Part shown: positions 29,188 through 39,374 of the stretch, piece by piece
Layout: each line of letters starts with the position of its first letter
Numbering within the stretch: the first letter of the stretch is position 1
Virus record (IMG/VR): IMGVR_UViG_3300010885_037407
Span: 16,740-80,739 of that record
Strand: one strand, 5' to 3'
DNA from: a virus
DNA: 64,000 bases
Program-made: the position numbers and the translations under genes
Notes under the pieces: model-generated
Told to the model about the DNA's origin: nothing
Seen by the model: the letters and a program-made list of their open reading frames with translations, nothing else
Databases searched by the model: none

Positions 29188-30486
29188 TTATTTATTTTGA
29201 TCTTGTATGTATTCTTTGTCTTTGTATCTGTCTACTAAACCAAATCTATATCCGTCTTGTGATGATTCTATAGTTGCAAATTCACTCATATCACTTGATA
29301 CATGAGTAATACCTTTAAAGAAATAAATCAATCCAGCTTTGTCACCAAAAAATGCTGCTTTTATTTCTTTCAATCCTGATGTGAAATTTTTCGGGTCTTT
29401 TACGAATGGATGATTAAATAAATCAGCTAATACAATTTTACCTTCTTTGGATTCGTCTGTTACTGCAGAACCTACTTTGATATTAACATCTTGATTTTTT
29501 CCTGCTGCTGAAGCTAATGTTTTAGCATCTTCAGGTGTTATCCAATATTGAGAATCAATTGATGAACCTTTTATAGAAATTCTAGAAGTAGTAACGTCTT
29601 TATTCAAAGAAGTACTTCCTACTTTATCATGAAATTGTAATATTGCTTTGTATGCTTGATCAAGCATTCCCATAGGTACATCTCCTGGAGTTATAGTAAT
29701 TAAATCACCCGATGCTTTTTTTGTACTGACACTATCTATTATATCTACAATTATTTTCATAGCAGACGTTGATCCAAGTGACATTACATTTGCTCTAATA
29801 TCCGGAGATTGTAACTCTTCAATCAATGTATAAAATTCCATTAATTGTTTAGTAAAATTAAATCTAGATACTTTTCCTTCTGCTCCTGGACGAATATTAC
29901 CAGCTTTTATTTTACCTGATTTGGAATCTAAAATATCTAATGATTTAACTTCATAATGTTCAGACCCTACACCAATATCAAATGATTCTGTTGAACCTTG
30001 AACTACTGCATCTTTGACAAAAAATGATATAAATAATTCACCTTTTCCAATTGCTTGGCCTACAAAAGTATCCCATAATTTTTGATATGGCTTATAATCT
30101 TTTTTATTTAATTCAGCAACTGTTGCTAAAGATTTAAATGCATCTGAAAATAATACAATTTCTTGTTTAGACAAAGTACTCATTGTACCTTTAAACGAAA
30201 TTAATAAATTACTTGGCATTGTACTAATAAAATCTTCAAATTCTATTTTTTTACTAGAATCTAAATTAGTATAGAATTTAGCTAATGCAGGATATTGTTT
30301 TGTGAAATCTGAATTTGTGTCAGTTATTTCATCATCTGCTTCTGCTAAAACTGTAAATGGATTAGGCAAATTCATTTCTTTTAATACTTGTTTAAGTACC
30401 GCTAAATCTTTAGCTGTTTTTAAATCTGGATATCCTTTCTCACAGCGCCAGCTCCATTCTAAAAGTATTTTATCAATATCAACCAT
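29188..30486 (-). CDS. Putative late protein with restriction-endonuclease-like motif
   Basis: GKGELF...SFDI-x7-YEVKS resembles E...(P)D-(D/E)xK; late motif at ~30502-30511. Confidence 0.45.
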   Translation of the reverse strand: MVDIDKILLEWSWRCEKGYPDLKTAKDLAVLKQVLKEMNLPNPFTVLAEADDEITDTNSDFTKQYPALAKFYTNLDSSKKIEFEDFISTMPSNLLISFKGTMSTLSKQEIVLFSDAFKSLATVAELNKKDYKPYQKLWDTFVGQAIGKGELFISFFVKDAVVQGSTESFDIGVGSEHYEVKSLDILDSKSGKIKAGNIRPGAEGKVSRFNFTKQLMEFYTLIEELQSPDIRANVMSLGSTSAMKIIVDIIDSVSTKKASGDLITITPGDVPMGMLDQAYKAILQFHDKVGSTSLNKDVTTSRISIKGSSIDSQYWITPEDAKTLASAAGKNQDVNIKVGSAVTDESKEGKIVLADLFNHPFVKDPKNFTSGLKEIKAAFFGDKAGLIYFFKGITHVSSDMSEFATIESSQDGYRFGLVDRYKDKEYIQDQNK

Positions 30487-30519
30487 TATGTTTTCGTTTT
30501 AAATAAATATCAATTTTTA

Positions 30520-31053
30520 TTAGTTTCCTGTTGACCCATAACCTCCAGTTCCTCTTTGAGAATCTTCAAGGTCTTCAACTTCTTCAAATGTAATTTGTGG
30601 ATAAGGTATGATAACTAATTGCCCTACTCTGTCTCCAATCTCGTAAGACGATTCATTAGCAATCCAAATAGCATTTTCTACAGGGCCTGTTAGTAAAGGA
30701 AGCCCTTTTCTTTCTCTGTCTTCTTGAAGTGTTTTTAAGATTTCAGGTTCCATTGTTTTACCTTTCATTCCTAAATCTTTAAATCGAAATTTAATTTCTC
30801 CTCGATAACCAGAATCTACTACACCTACATGATTTGCTAAAATCAATGTGGTTTTGGAAACTGAACTTCTAGGAAATAAAAGTCCAACATAACCTTCTGG
30901 AATTTCAACTGCTAAACCAGTTCCATATTCAATGAACAACCCTGATTGATCAATTTGGCAACTTACTGCTGTCAAATCTAATCCTGCATCACCATTGGTT
31001 GCATAGGTTGGAATTACAGCTGCATTGTCTAATTTTTTAATTTTTACTTTCAT
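30520..31053 (-). CDS. dut: Trimeric dUTPase
   Basis: AGLDL, PRSS, GVVDSGYRGEI, RVGQLV, RGTGGYGSTG; ATG start at 31053. Confidence 0.93.
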   Translation of the reverse strand: MKVKIKKLDNAAVIPTYATNGDAGLDLTAVSCQIDQSGLFIEYGTGLAVEIPEGYVGLLFPRSSVSKTTLILANHVGVVDSGYRGEIKFRFKDLGMKGKTMEPEILKTLQEDRERKGLPLLTGPVENAIWIANESSYEIGDRVGQLVIIPYPQITFEEVEDLEDSQRGTGGYGSTGN

Positions 31054-31306
31054 ACTTCGCAACTATTTCTTCTAATTTAATTAAGGATATTACTCCCACT
31101 ACTTTTTCTACTACTTCTCCATCTTGCTCAAATATAAATGTTGGAATGTTTCTAACAGCATATTTTGCTAATAGTTCTTGATTCTCATCTGCATTTACAA
31201 TTTCTGATGTTATTTTGTCACCTTGAGACTCAACGAATTTGTTGAAAATAGGTTTCATCATTTTACAAGGCCCGCACCATGGTGCTGATACATAAATTAT
31301 ATTCAT
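31037..31306 (-). CDS. Thioredoxin
   Basis: WCGPCK active site, IPT. Confidence 0.92.
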   Translation of the reverse strand: MNIIYVSAPWCGPCKMMKPIFNKFVESQGDKITSEIVNADENQELLAKYAVRNIPTFIFEQDGEVVEKVVGVISLIKLEEIVAKYESKN

Positions 31307-31310
31307 AACT

Positions 31311-32114
31311 TTAATATTTGCTAACTTCTTTAGCGTTTATAATTTCCAACGGTTTAACTATTATTTCATTCCATAAATAAGTGGAATGGTCTGTGTCACT
31401 GCATAATGTAGCATTTGAGCATAAATTAGGTTCTTCTCCTTCTGGAAATCCTAATCTATACATATTTGCTGCTTTGTTACCTTTGTCAGTAACAATTGAT
31501 TTTACATCAGATTTAAAAGCAGCTACTAATTTACCTTTGAGTTTAATTAGCACATTTGACTCTGGTCTAAAGAATTTTTTGTATTGTTTTGTAAAAGTAG
31601 ATATTGCATAAATACCTCCATTGTCTATAGAGTCTTGCAAATTAGTAACGCCTTGCTCAGACGTCCAATGCAATACTGTGACTGTATTATCTATGCTTCC
31701 ATACACTTCTTTAGTAAATGTTTCATCTAATAATACAAATGGTTCTAAATCTCCCCGCGAATAAAAATATGCTATTTTAATTGAATCAATATATGATTCT
31801 CCATGCTCATCAATGAAAAATGATTTAAACTCATCTCGCAATTGCCATGCTCTAGAATTCACAAAATCTTCAATGAAATCTAATATATTCTTTTGAGTTA
31901 ATAAATCATATCTTTGAGTTTCAACATAAAGTTGAAATTTGAAACAATCATTAATCAACTGCACTAATTCGTGATCATTGTCTATCACCCCACCTCTGGT
32001 ATCAATACCTCGTTTTTCTAATTCAAGGAATTGTTTTGCTATTGCCTCCCATTCTGAAATGGTATGAAATGCTGATTCGGGGTGGACGTATCCTCTTACA
32101 GGGAAATTTTCCAT
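31311..32114 (-). CDS. Hypothetical protein (possible ADP-ribosyltransferase-like C-terminal domain)
   Basis: 267-aa ORF with late motif at ~32128-32137; LHWTS...ISTF...WNEII pattern. Confidence 0.5.
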   Translation of the reverse strand: MENFPVRGYVHPESAFHTISEWEAIAKQFLELEKRGIDTRGGVIDNDHELVQLINDCFKFQLYVETQRYDLLTQKNILDFIEDFVNSRAWQLRDEFKSFFIDEHGESYIDSIKIAYFYSRGDLEPFVLLDETFTKEVYGSIDNTVTVLHWTSEQGVTNLQDSIDNGGIYAISTFTKQYKKFFRPESNVLIKLKGKLVAAFKSDVKSIVTDKGNKAANMYRLGFPEGEEPNLCSNATLCSDTDHSTYLWNEIIVKPLEIINAKEVSKY

Positions 32115-32150
32115 TTACTTTTCTTTTATATAAATATACAAAACAAAATC

Positions 32151-33776
32151 TTATCCTTCACAGCTAACACACTCTAAAATATTTCTAGAAAATGATTGTG
32201 CTGAACTTTGGCTGAATTGATAATATAGTGTCTTAATGCCTTCTTCATGAGCATATAAATATAACTGATTGATATCTTTTGCAGGAACACTTGGATGAAT
32301 CATCAAATTTAAAGATTGAGATTGATCTATGAATTGCTGTCTTTGAGCTGCTTGTAATATAATTTCTTTAGGAGATATTTCAATAAATGATTTGAAAACT
32401 TCTTTAGTTGGAAAATCTAAATGTTGCACAGATCCATCCTTTTTCAAAATGTCTTCCCATACTTCTGGAGTATTCAATCCATACTTTTCAAGCTCTTGAA
32501 TCAAATAAGGGTTTTTATAAATGGTTTTTGATTTAGCCAAATCCTTAATAAAGTAATTTGATTTGATTGGCTCAATACCCATTGACACTTGACCTAAAAT
32601 AAATGAACTTGATTTTGTAGGTGCTATTGCTACCAATGTAGTATTAGCATATCCATCTCTTAAAGATATATAACCTCTTCCATCATACAAACATTTTGAT
32701 GCAGCCTCGCTTTTTTCTTTAATCGTTTTGAATATTTCATAATTCAAAGCTTTTGCTTGAAGCGATTCAAACGGAATTAGTTTTGATTGAAACAGTGAGT
32801 GATATCCTAAAACACCTAAACCTATTGCTCTATGCTGTTCGGCAAATCTATGTGCTCTAGACATACCAGGCATCTTATAAGATTTATTAATGAACTCATC
32901 TATTACTGCATTTAAGAACTGTGTATATACTTCAATAGCATCAGTCTTTTTAAGTTCATCCCAATGTAATAAATTAATTGAACCTAAACAACATACAAAT
33001 GAATTAAATGAATCTGTAGGTAATTGAATTTCGCTGCATAAATTAGATGCTGTAATGTCCAATCCTAACTCTTTATATGGAGTATTTTTATTTGAATTGT
33101 CTTTGAACATTATATATGGAAATCCAAATTCATTTCGCTTTTGAATTATCTTTGCCCATATTTTTCTTTTATCCGAATCCCCAGCTTTCATTTCTTCTAA
33201 CCAAGCATCAGTTACTGTAATGCCATATTGCAAATTTTGAATAGGATTTCCTTCAGTGCCAATATCTAAAAATTCTAGAATGTCGCCATGCTCTACAGGT
33301 AGCCATACTGCACAGGCTCCTCTTCTTGCCTCTGATTGTTTACATACATCTACTGTTGTATCATATAATCTAGCATAATGCACAGGTCCGTCTGCGGTAC
33401 CTCCCGTTGATATCTTTGCACCTCGTTCTCTAATGTTACCTAAATAAGCAGAAGTGCCTCCTCCATATTTAGACATCATTCCAATTTCACGACTTGCATT
33501 TAAAATACTGTTTAAAGTGTCATCTACATTTGACCCATAGCAGCTTATAGGTAACCCTTTGTCTTTTCCAAAATTTATCCAAACGGGAGTAGATAAACTA
33601 TAAAATCCACGCGCCATATAATCTTCAAACTTCAAAGCAAAACCTTCAATTTTAAGATACTTTTCTGCTTTGTTAGCAATGTCTTTTATTCGTTGTTCTG
33701 GGGACTCTGTAATGTAACCTCTTGAAAGAAATGTTCGGCTATTTTCATTTAGCCAATCATATTTTTTATATTCCAT
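32151..33776 (-). CDS. nrdA: Class I ribonucleotide reductase large subunit (compact, no ATP cone)
   Basis: PISC, SNLCSEI, CCLGSIN, AIAPTKSSS, IDQSQSLN, KTLYY, C-terminal CxxC. Confidence 0.93.
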   Translation of the reverse strand: MEYKKYDWLNENSRTFLSRGYITESPEQRIKDIANKAEKYLKIEGFALKFEDYMARGFYSLSTPVWINFGKDKGLPISCYGSNVDDTLNSILNASREIGMMSKYGGGTSAYLGNIRERGAKISTGGTADGPVHYARLYDTTVDVCKQSEARRGACAVWLPVEHGDILEFLDIGTEGNPIQNLQYGITVTDAWLEEMKAGDSDKRKIWAKIIQKRNEFGFPYIMFKDNSNKNTPYKELGLDITASNLCSEIQLPTDSFNSFVCCLGSINLLHWDELKKTDAIEVYTQFLNAVIDEFINKSYKMPGMSRAHRFAEQHRAIGLGVLGYHSLFQSKLIPFESLQAKALNYEIFKTIKEKSEAASKCLYDGRGYISLRDGYANTTLVAIAPTKSSSFILGQVSMGIEPIKSNYFIKDLAKSKTIYKNPYLIQELEKYGLNTPEVWEDILKKDGSVQHLDFPTKEVFKSFIEISPKEIILQAAQRQQFIDQSQSLNLMIHPSVPAKDINQLYLYAHEEGIKTLYYQFSQSSAQSFSRNILECVSCEG

Positions 33777-33780
33777 ATTT

Positions 33781-34761
33781 TTAAAATAAATCGTCTTCTG
33801 TTATACTTTGGCTTTTTTTGTTGTAATCTATTGATTTTTTGTAAAAGAAATCTCCTTCTTTTGTAGAAGTAATTTCTACATCAAACCATAATGTTTTTTC
33901 AATCTCTTCAAAATCTACTTCAAAAATAGGTTTCATATCTATTTTTTGAAGTGAATTATTAAATCTGTTTTTAATAAAGTTTTTAATTGTATCTTTTGAT
34001 AAAAACTCTAATTCGCCTTTTTCAAAAATCCAATCCAAGATTTTTACTTCTGCCTTATAAGCTTTTTTACATGCTGAATCAATTAATGTTTCAAATTCTT
34101 CATCAAACCATTCAGGATTTTCTTTTTTGATAATATTGATAATTTCAGCTCCGAAATTACCATGAATTTCTTCTTCTTTAGATGTAGCTTCAACTACATT
34201 GGAAATTCCTTTAAATAAATTTCTTTCTTTATTGAAAGACATCATTGTTAAGAATTGACTGAATAGACTTACATGCTCTATAAATAAAGAAAATAACAAT
34301 ACTGATTTAGTGTACATTTTATTGTCTTTGCTTCTAGTACCATCTAAGTATTTAGTTAAATAAGCTATTCTGTCTTTGATTGCTGGAATCTCTACTACAT
34401 GTTGAAATTCTTCTTCTAATCCTAAAATTCTTAATAATTGAGCGTAAGCATCTTTATGCCTTACTTCAGATTCTGCAAATGTCATTCCTACATCTCCAAT
34501 TTCTGTTATAGGCATTCTTTTGTAAAGATCTGCCCAAAATGTTTTTACGTTAACTTCAATTTGTGCTATTGCCAACATTGAACGTTTGATGACTTCTCTT
34601 TCGTCAGCTGTTATTTTTGTTTTGAAATCGTCAATATCAGTTGTGAAATTGAATTCAGTATGAATCCAATATGAGTGACGAATAGCATCTTTATATGCTA
34701 ACAAAGAAGGATACTCATAGGGTAAGATATTGACCCTAGGTATAAAAATGTTGTTGTTCAT
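33781..34761 (-). CDS. nrdB: Class I ribonucleotide reductase small subunit
   Basis: PYEYP, ESEVRHKDAY, EHVSLFSQF, EEEIHG, DFF. Confidence 0.93.
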   Translation of the reverse strand: MNNNIFIPRVNILPYEYPSLLAYKDAIRHSYWIHTEFNFTTDIDDFKTKITADEREVIKRSMLAIAQIEVNVKTFWADLYKRMPITEIGDVGMTFAESEVRHKDAYAQLLRILGLEEEFQHVVEIPAIKDRIAYLTKYLDGTRSKDNKMYTKSVLLFSLFIEHVSLFSQFLTMMSFNKERNLFKGISNVVEATSKEEEIHGNFGAEIINIIKKENPEWFDEEFETLIDSACKKAYKAEVKILDWIFEKGELEFLSKDTIKNFIKNRFNNSLQKIDMKPIFEVDFEEIEKTLWFDVEITSTKEGDFFYKKSIDYNKKSQSITEDDLF

Positions 34762-34821
34762 GTTGTGTGATTAGATTGGTTCGGTCCCTCCCTGGTATTA
34801 TAATTATCAAATATTTTACTA

Positions 34822-36180
34822 TTATCCTAAATCATTTGACACTTCTTTGTATTTTTGTAATAAACTTTTTCTTAATAATTCCTCTCCAGTTTGCATTTGT
34901 TTATTAGTATCTTTACCTTGAACAGAGGTCTCTTCATATATATGAATTTGCCCATTGCTCATATTCATTTTCGACGGAAATGTAATTCCGTCAGGACCAA
35001 ATCGATTTTTAATAATATGAAATCTACCTGTACCTGCTATTTTATCAGTTACCTTTCTTGATAATGAAAGCACAAAATCTGCAATCATTACTTTGGAATA
35101 AGACTCTGATATCTTTCCTGCTTCAATAACATCATCTTCTAATGCACTTCTATTTGCTTGAGATGCTGTAAATAATGGAACTTCATACTCTCCTGCTACC
35201 CCACGTAAATCTTCATAAATAGATTCTAATTCATGACGCATTTCTTTTCTAGCTACTGCACCTCTTAATAAATCTGCATAATCGACAATTAATAAATCTG
35301 GTTTTTTGCCAATTAAAATCATTTTTTCAATGTGAGCTCTAATGGTTGAGCATGAAGCTGTTTTGGTAGGATAGTATTTAATTACTAAATTACCTTTTAA
35401 TTTTTCAACTGCAGCAGTAACTTCATCAATATTGTATTTTAAGTTTTGTGCTGCGATACCTGTTAGCACAGCATCATATCGCTGACCCACATAAGCATCA
35501 TTTAACTCCAATGTATAATGTACTACATTTAATCCTGCTTTAATTGCATGAGCTCCTATGTTAATAAGACCCCATGATTTACCAATACCTGCTGGAGCTA
35601 CGAATACAACTAATTCTCCTTTACCAAATCCTCCGTCTGCTAAATCATTAATAACAGGCCATGGAGTAGGTATACATGCTCTTACATTATCCATATACCT
35701 TTCAGCAACAGATTCATTATATTCATGTCCTACTTCTTTATCAGCTCCTGCTTTCATTGCAGTATCAATAGCAGATTTAATTTCATCATATTGACCTTTT
35801 CGAAGAAGTTCAACTGAATCTAAAATTGCTCTTTTAATACATTGGTTCCTGCAGAAGTCGACTGTTTCTAACTTAACAAATTCTAAATCATTGGATTCTA
35901 AATATCGATATGAATCTTTTAAAGTTTCAATAATAGATGTTTTGAGTACATCTCTATCAACGTCATTCATTTTAATTTTAAATACATCTAGAGTTGGTGC
36001 ACAAGCATACTCACTGAAATATTTAACTATAGTCTCTACAATCCATTGGTTGGCTTCTGATTCAAAAAAGTCTGGCAATAAGATGTCAGCTACTTGTTGT
36101 AAAAATGCTTTGTCTGTTAACAAAGATGATACAATCTTAACTTGAAACCCGTGACCAAAATTACTTAACTTATCAGACAT
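34822..36180 (-). CDS. Replicative DnaB-like helicase (gp41-like)
   Basis: APAGIGKS, YTLEL, IVDYAD, TASQANR, KNRFG. Confidence 0.93.
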   Translation of the reverse strand: MSDKLSNFGHGFQVKIVSSLLTDKAFLQQVADILLPDFFESEANQWIVETIVKYFSEYACAPTLDVFKIKMNDVDRDVLKTSIIETLKDSYRYLESNDLEFVKLETVDFCRNQCIKRAILDSVELLRKGQYDEIKSAIDTAMKAGADKEVGHEYNESVAERYMDNVRACIPTPWPVINDLADGGFGKGELVVFVAPAGIGKSWGLINIGAHAIKAGLNVVHYTLELNDAYVGQRYDAVLTGIAAQNLKYNIDEVTAAVEKLKGNLVIKYYPTKTASCSTIRAHIEKMILIGKKPDLLIVDYADLLRGAVARKEMRHELESIYEDLRGVAGEYEVPLFTASQANRSALEDDVIEAGKISESYSKVMIADFVLSLSRKVTDKIAGTGRFHIIKNRFGPDGITFPSKMNMSNGQIHIYEETSVQGKDTNKQMQTGEELLRKSLLQKYKEVSNDLG

Positions 36181-36195
36181 ATTTTTTTATTTACC

Positions 36196-36227
36196 TAAAT
36201 ATATTATATTCATTTGTAACTAACAAT
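36196..36227 (-). promoter_or_regulatory. Bacteroidota-type promoter (a)TTG-N20-TATATTTA upstream of the helicase
   Basis: Consensus with 20-nt spacer. Confidence 0.55.
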
Positions 36228-37282
36228 TATTTTTGACTGAATGCGGCTAATGTTCCAAAACTATTTGCTAGCCAAGAATCCACATTAGGAATAACTGCAT
36301 ATACTTTATCAGCCATAAACATTTGTTTAAAGTTAAAAGTATCCATTAATGGAATTTGTCGATTTGCTATGTCAGCAATAATTCCTTTGTAATTAGCAGA
36401 TATATCCAAATCTTCCAAAGACATTAGTGCCCAATTAAGTCTTAATTGAACTTCACAATCTACTACAGTTTGATAAACTTTGTGAACTGCTTTGTTAGCT
36501 TTGCAATAATCTAAAATATCTTCTAATCCAATTGTATCATTACTTAATAACATTGGAAATTTAGACTGCATAGTCTTTATTCCAACACCTTTTATTCCTT
36601 TGATGTTATCTGAACCGTCGCCCATAAATACTTTATAATGAATAAAGTTATGAGAAGGAATTCCAAATTTAGTAGCTACTTCATCTGGAGTATAGAACTT
36701 CTTTTCTACTGGTCTCCATACTGAAGTGTTTTTATCTACTAATTGAATAAAATCCTTATCATCTGACATTATGATTACTTCACTTTGTTTAGGTCTGAAT
36801 ACTTCAGTTGCTAAATAAGCTATTGTATCGTCTGCTTCTATATTATCTATAGAAATAAGTGTCAATGGTAAACACTGTAAATATTCAGATAGCTTTGCCA
36901 TTTGTTGTCGTAAGGATTGAATTTCCTGTTCTTGAGTTTGGTCTCCAACATCATCACGTCTATTAAATCTAGTAGGTACTGACCTTCCTTCTTTATAGCC
37001 CGAGTGCATTTTCTTTCTTCTTGCAGAACCCCCTTTGCCATCAAATACAATTATACACCTTGTAGGTTTGAATTGTCTAATAATAGCAGCAATGGATCTT
37101 AAGAATCCTACATAACCTCCGATATGGTCACCATCGTCATTGACTAATGGTACCGCACTAAAACAACGAATAAAAGAATTCAGGCCGTCGACAATTAACA
37201 CTTTACTGTCTTTGCCTAGGCCTGTTTCCTGTTTATCGTGGTCTTCGCGAATCTGTCTTAATAAATCAGCGTAACCTTTCAT
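36227..37282 (-). CDS. 5'-3' exonuclease / flap endonuclease (T4 RNase H-like)
   Basis: LIVDGLN, VFDG, YKEGR, EADD, SDDKDFIQL, GDGSDNIKGIKGVG. Confidence 0.92.
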   Translation of the reverse strand: MKGYADLLRQIREDHDKQETGLGKDSKVLIVDGLNSFIRCFSAVPLVNDDGDHIGGYVGFLRSIAAIIRQFKPTRCIIVFDGKGGSARRKKMHSGYKEGRSVPTRFNRRDDVGDQTQEQEIQSLRQQMAKLSEYLQCLPLTLISIDNIEADDTIAYLATEVFRPKQSEVIIMSDDKDFIQLVDKNTSVWRPVEKKFYTPDEVATKFGIPSHNFIHYKVFMGDGSDNIKGIKGVGIKTMQSKFPMLLSNDTIGLEDILDYCKANKAVHKVYQTVVDCEVQLRLNWALMSLEDLDISANYKGIIADIANRQIPLMDTFNFKQMFMADKVYAVIPNVDSWLANSFGTLAAFSQK

Positions 37283-37288
37283 AACTAT

Positions 37289-38455
37289 TTAAGAGTCTTC
37301 TCCTTCAAATTCTGTTTCGATTTCAATATCATCTACTCCAAAATGTTCTCCGGCTTTGTAATTAATAATGTACTTTTCACAAATTGTTCTATATACTTGA
37401 TCTTTCATCTCTGGATCATCCATTAATTTAGTTTGGAAATCCTTTGATTGAAATTTGATTATCTCTCCTGTGTCAGAGTTAGTATATGTATACCAAGCAC
37501 CTGCCTGAGTAACCAAACCATGATTTTTCAACATGGTCAACCAAGAACCATAATCATCTATACCAGAGTCAAAATAAATTTCATAATCTACAGATCGTAA
37601 AGGCGGGCCCATACGATTTTTAACTACCTGAGCTCTTGTTGTTATTCCTAACACTGCTTCTGGAGCATCTGAAGATTTTGCTAATTTAATTTGACCTACT
37701 GATTTAAGACGTAAACGAACTGATGAGTGAAATGCTATTGCTTTTCCACCTGACGTTGTCCATTGGTCACCAAATGATACTCCTAATCGAGTACGTAACT
37801 GATTTGTAAATATTAAACAAATACGCTCTCTACCAATGAAATTGGTAATTTTACGCATTGCTTTTGATAGGATAATTGCTTTAGAAGTTGCCCAACCGTC
37901 TTTGTCATAATCTGATGACATTTCTTGTTTTGTTGAAGCTCCTGCTACAGAGTCTACTACAATAGTAACTAATCTATTTTTTGCATTCTTCCTAACTGAT
38001 TCCACAATTGTTTCAATAGACTCGAATATGTCTTCAACAGTATCCAAAGGAACATATAACATATCCTTTAAATTGATACCTATTGCTTCAAGGAACTCTC
38101 TAGAGATAGCATTTTCAGTATCAATATATACTGCTAATCCACCTTTCTTTTGAGTATCAGCTAAAGCATGTGCCGCTAATAGTGATTTTCCTGAAGCTTC
38201 TAAACCTGTGATTTCACAAATTCTTCCTACTGGTAATCCACCATTTGGTCTATTAGCAATAGCTAAATCTAACATTGTAGAACCTGTCGATATCCATTCT
38301 GTGACGTCTGACGGTGAATCTGAATCTCCTTCTAAAAAATAAGCTACTTTATAGTTAGAGCTTTTAAATTTCTTATTAAGGTTATCAGCTAACACTGACG
38401 CCAAGTCATCTTCTAATGCCGATGCTTCTTCTACTGGTTTTGTTTTTTTCGCCAT
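37289..38455 (-). CDS. uvsX: RecA/UvsX recombinase
   Basis: GLEASGKS, YIDTE, VVDSVA, FTNQLR, TSGGKA, VVKNR. Confidence 0.93.
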   Translation of the reverse strand: MAKKTKPVEEASALEDDLASVLADNLNKKFKSSNYKVAYFLEGDSDSPSDVTEWISTGSTMLDLAIANRPNGGLPVGRICEITGLEASGKSLLAAHALADTQKKGGLAVYIDTENAISREFLEAIGINLKDMLYVPLDTVEDIFESIETIVESVRKNAKNRLVTIVVDSVAGASTKQEMSSDYDKDGWATSKAIILSKAMRKITNFIGRERICLIFTNQLRTRLGVSFGDQWTTSGGKAIAFHSSVRLRLKSVGQIKLAKSSDAPEAVLGITTRAQVVKNRMGPPLRSVDYEIYFDSGIDDYGSWLTMLKNHGLVTQAGAWYTYTNSDTGEIIKFQSKDFQTKLMDDPEMKDQVYRTICEKYIINYKAGEHFGVDDIEIETEFEGEDS

Positions 38456-38463
38456 AATTCTCC

Positions 38464-38488
38464 TAGAGAAACCTTTCGGTTTTCTCTA
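38464..38488 (-). terminator. Stem-loop between the SSB and recombinase genes
   Basis: TAGAGAAACC-TTTC-GGTTTTCTCTA (GAAA tetraloop in mRNA sense, 1-nt bulge); no U-tract, so possibly a stability element. Confidence 0.5.
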
Positions 38489-39271
38489 CTATTGATTAAA
38501 TAAGTTGTCGAATGCTGAAGCTACATCATCTACTTTTGCAACTGGAGCTGCATCAGCGATTCCTGCTTGATTTGCATTAACTGCTTTTGGAGCAGGGGCA
38601 GCACTTTCTTCGGCAGCATTTTCAGGATCTAACCAATTGTGTAACAATTTAGTCATTTCATCATATGTGTACTCTTTGAAAATGTCTGTCGCTTTAGGTT
38701 GGTTACCTAACTTCTCTAATACACCTTTATCAGATGTTACAGGAGTTTGATTAGGTTTAACGCGAATAGATGTTTCTGGGTATGATTTACCAGTTTGGTC
38801 AGCAGCTTTGAACTCTACAGATACATCACGTCCAGCAACTGGATCTGTGATATCTCCATAATCAGGATCTGAAATAAATCCTAAAAGTTCTTGATATACT
38901 GATTTACCGAATCCCCAAAACTTAACTCCTTCAGATTCTTTACCTCTTACAATAATAGGCACATAACAACGCATTGTTGGCTCTAATTTCTTACCAGCTT
39001 TCCAATCGTCCGAATTTCCTGTTGATTTAAGTTTGTCTCCAAATTCCATAATTGGGTCAGGGCGACCAAATGACATTGGAGATAGTACAGATTTTCCACC
39101 AAAGTTATAATGGAAATAAAGTTCAATAAATGGGTTCTCTCTGTTGTGTTGATAAGGTACAATACGAACTACTTGAGTGCCTGGTTCAGGCTTCCATAAA
39201 TTGTTTTGTTTTTGTGTTACATTTTGTAACGAGTTTAATTTTTGCTTGATAGCGTCTAAATTAATAGCCAT
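38489..39271 (-). CDS. Single-stranded DNA-binding protein (gp32-like)
   Basis: LWKP, VRIVP, FHY, FWGFGK, DITDP..GRD, acidic/aromatic tail DDVASAFDNLF. Confidence 0.88.
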   Translation of the reverse strand: MAINLDAIKQKLNSLQNVTQKQNNLWKPEPGTQVVRIVPYQHNRENPFIELYFHYNFGGKSVLSPMSFGRPDPIMEFGDKLKSTGNSDDWKAGKKLEPTMRCYVPIIVRGKESEGVKFWGFGKSVYQELLGFISDPDYGDITDPVAGRDVSVEFKAADQTGKSYPETSIRVKPNQTPVTSDKGVLEKLGNQPKATDIFKEYTYDEMTKLLHNWLDPENAAEESAAPAPKAVNANQAGIADAAPVAKVDDVASAFDNLFNQ

Positions 39272-39368
39272 TTTGTTTAATTTTATTTGTTAATGAATAA
39301 TTAATAATTAGCAATTGCTGATGTAACTCGAGTGTCTAGAATGTTCTACTTACATTTCAATAACTAAT
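39272..39368 (-). promoter_or_regulatory. Structured 5' leader of the SSB gene
   Basis: Nested mRNA pairings AUUAG/CUAAU, AUUG/CAAU, AUGUAA/UUACAU, UAGAA/UUCUA followed by an A/U-rich tract. Confidence 0.45.
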
Positions 39369-39374
39369 ATAACT

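Noticed and set aside
20412-38455. Introns or inteins in PolB, NrdA, NrdB, helicase or recombinase
   Set aside because: Each ORF is continuous and of ordinary or compact length, with no intein-like termini.
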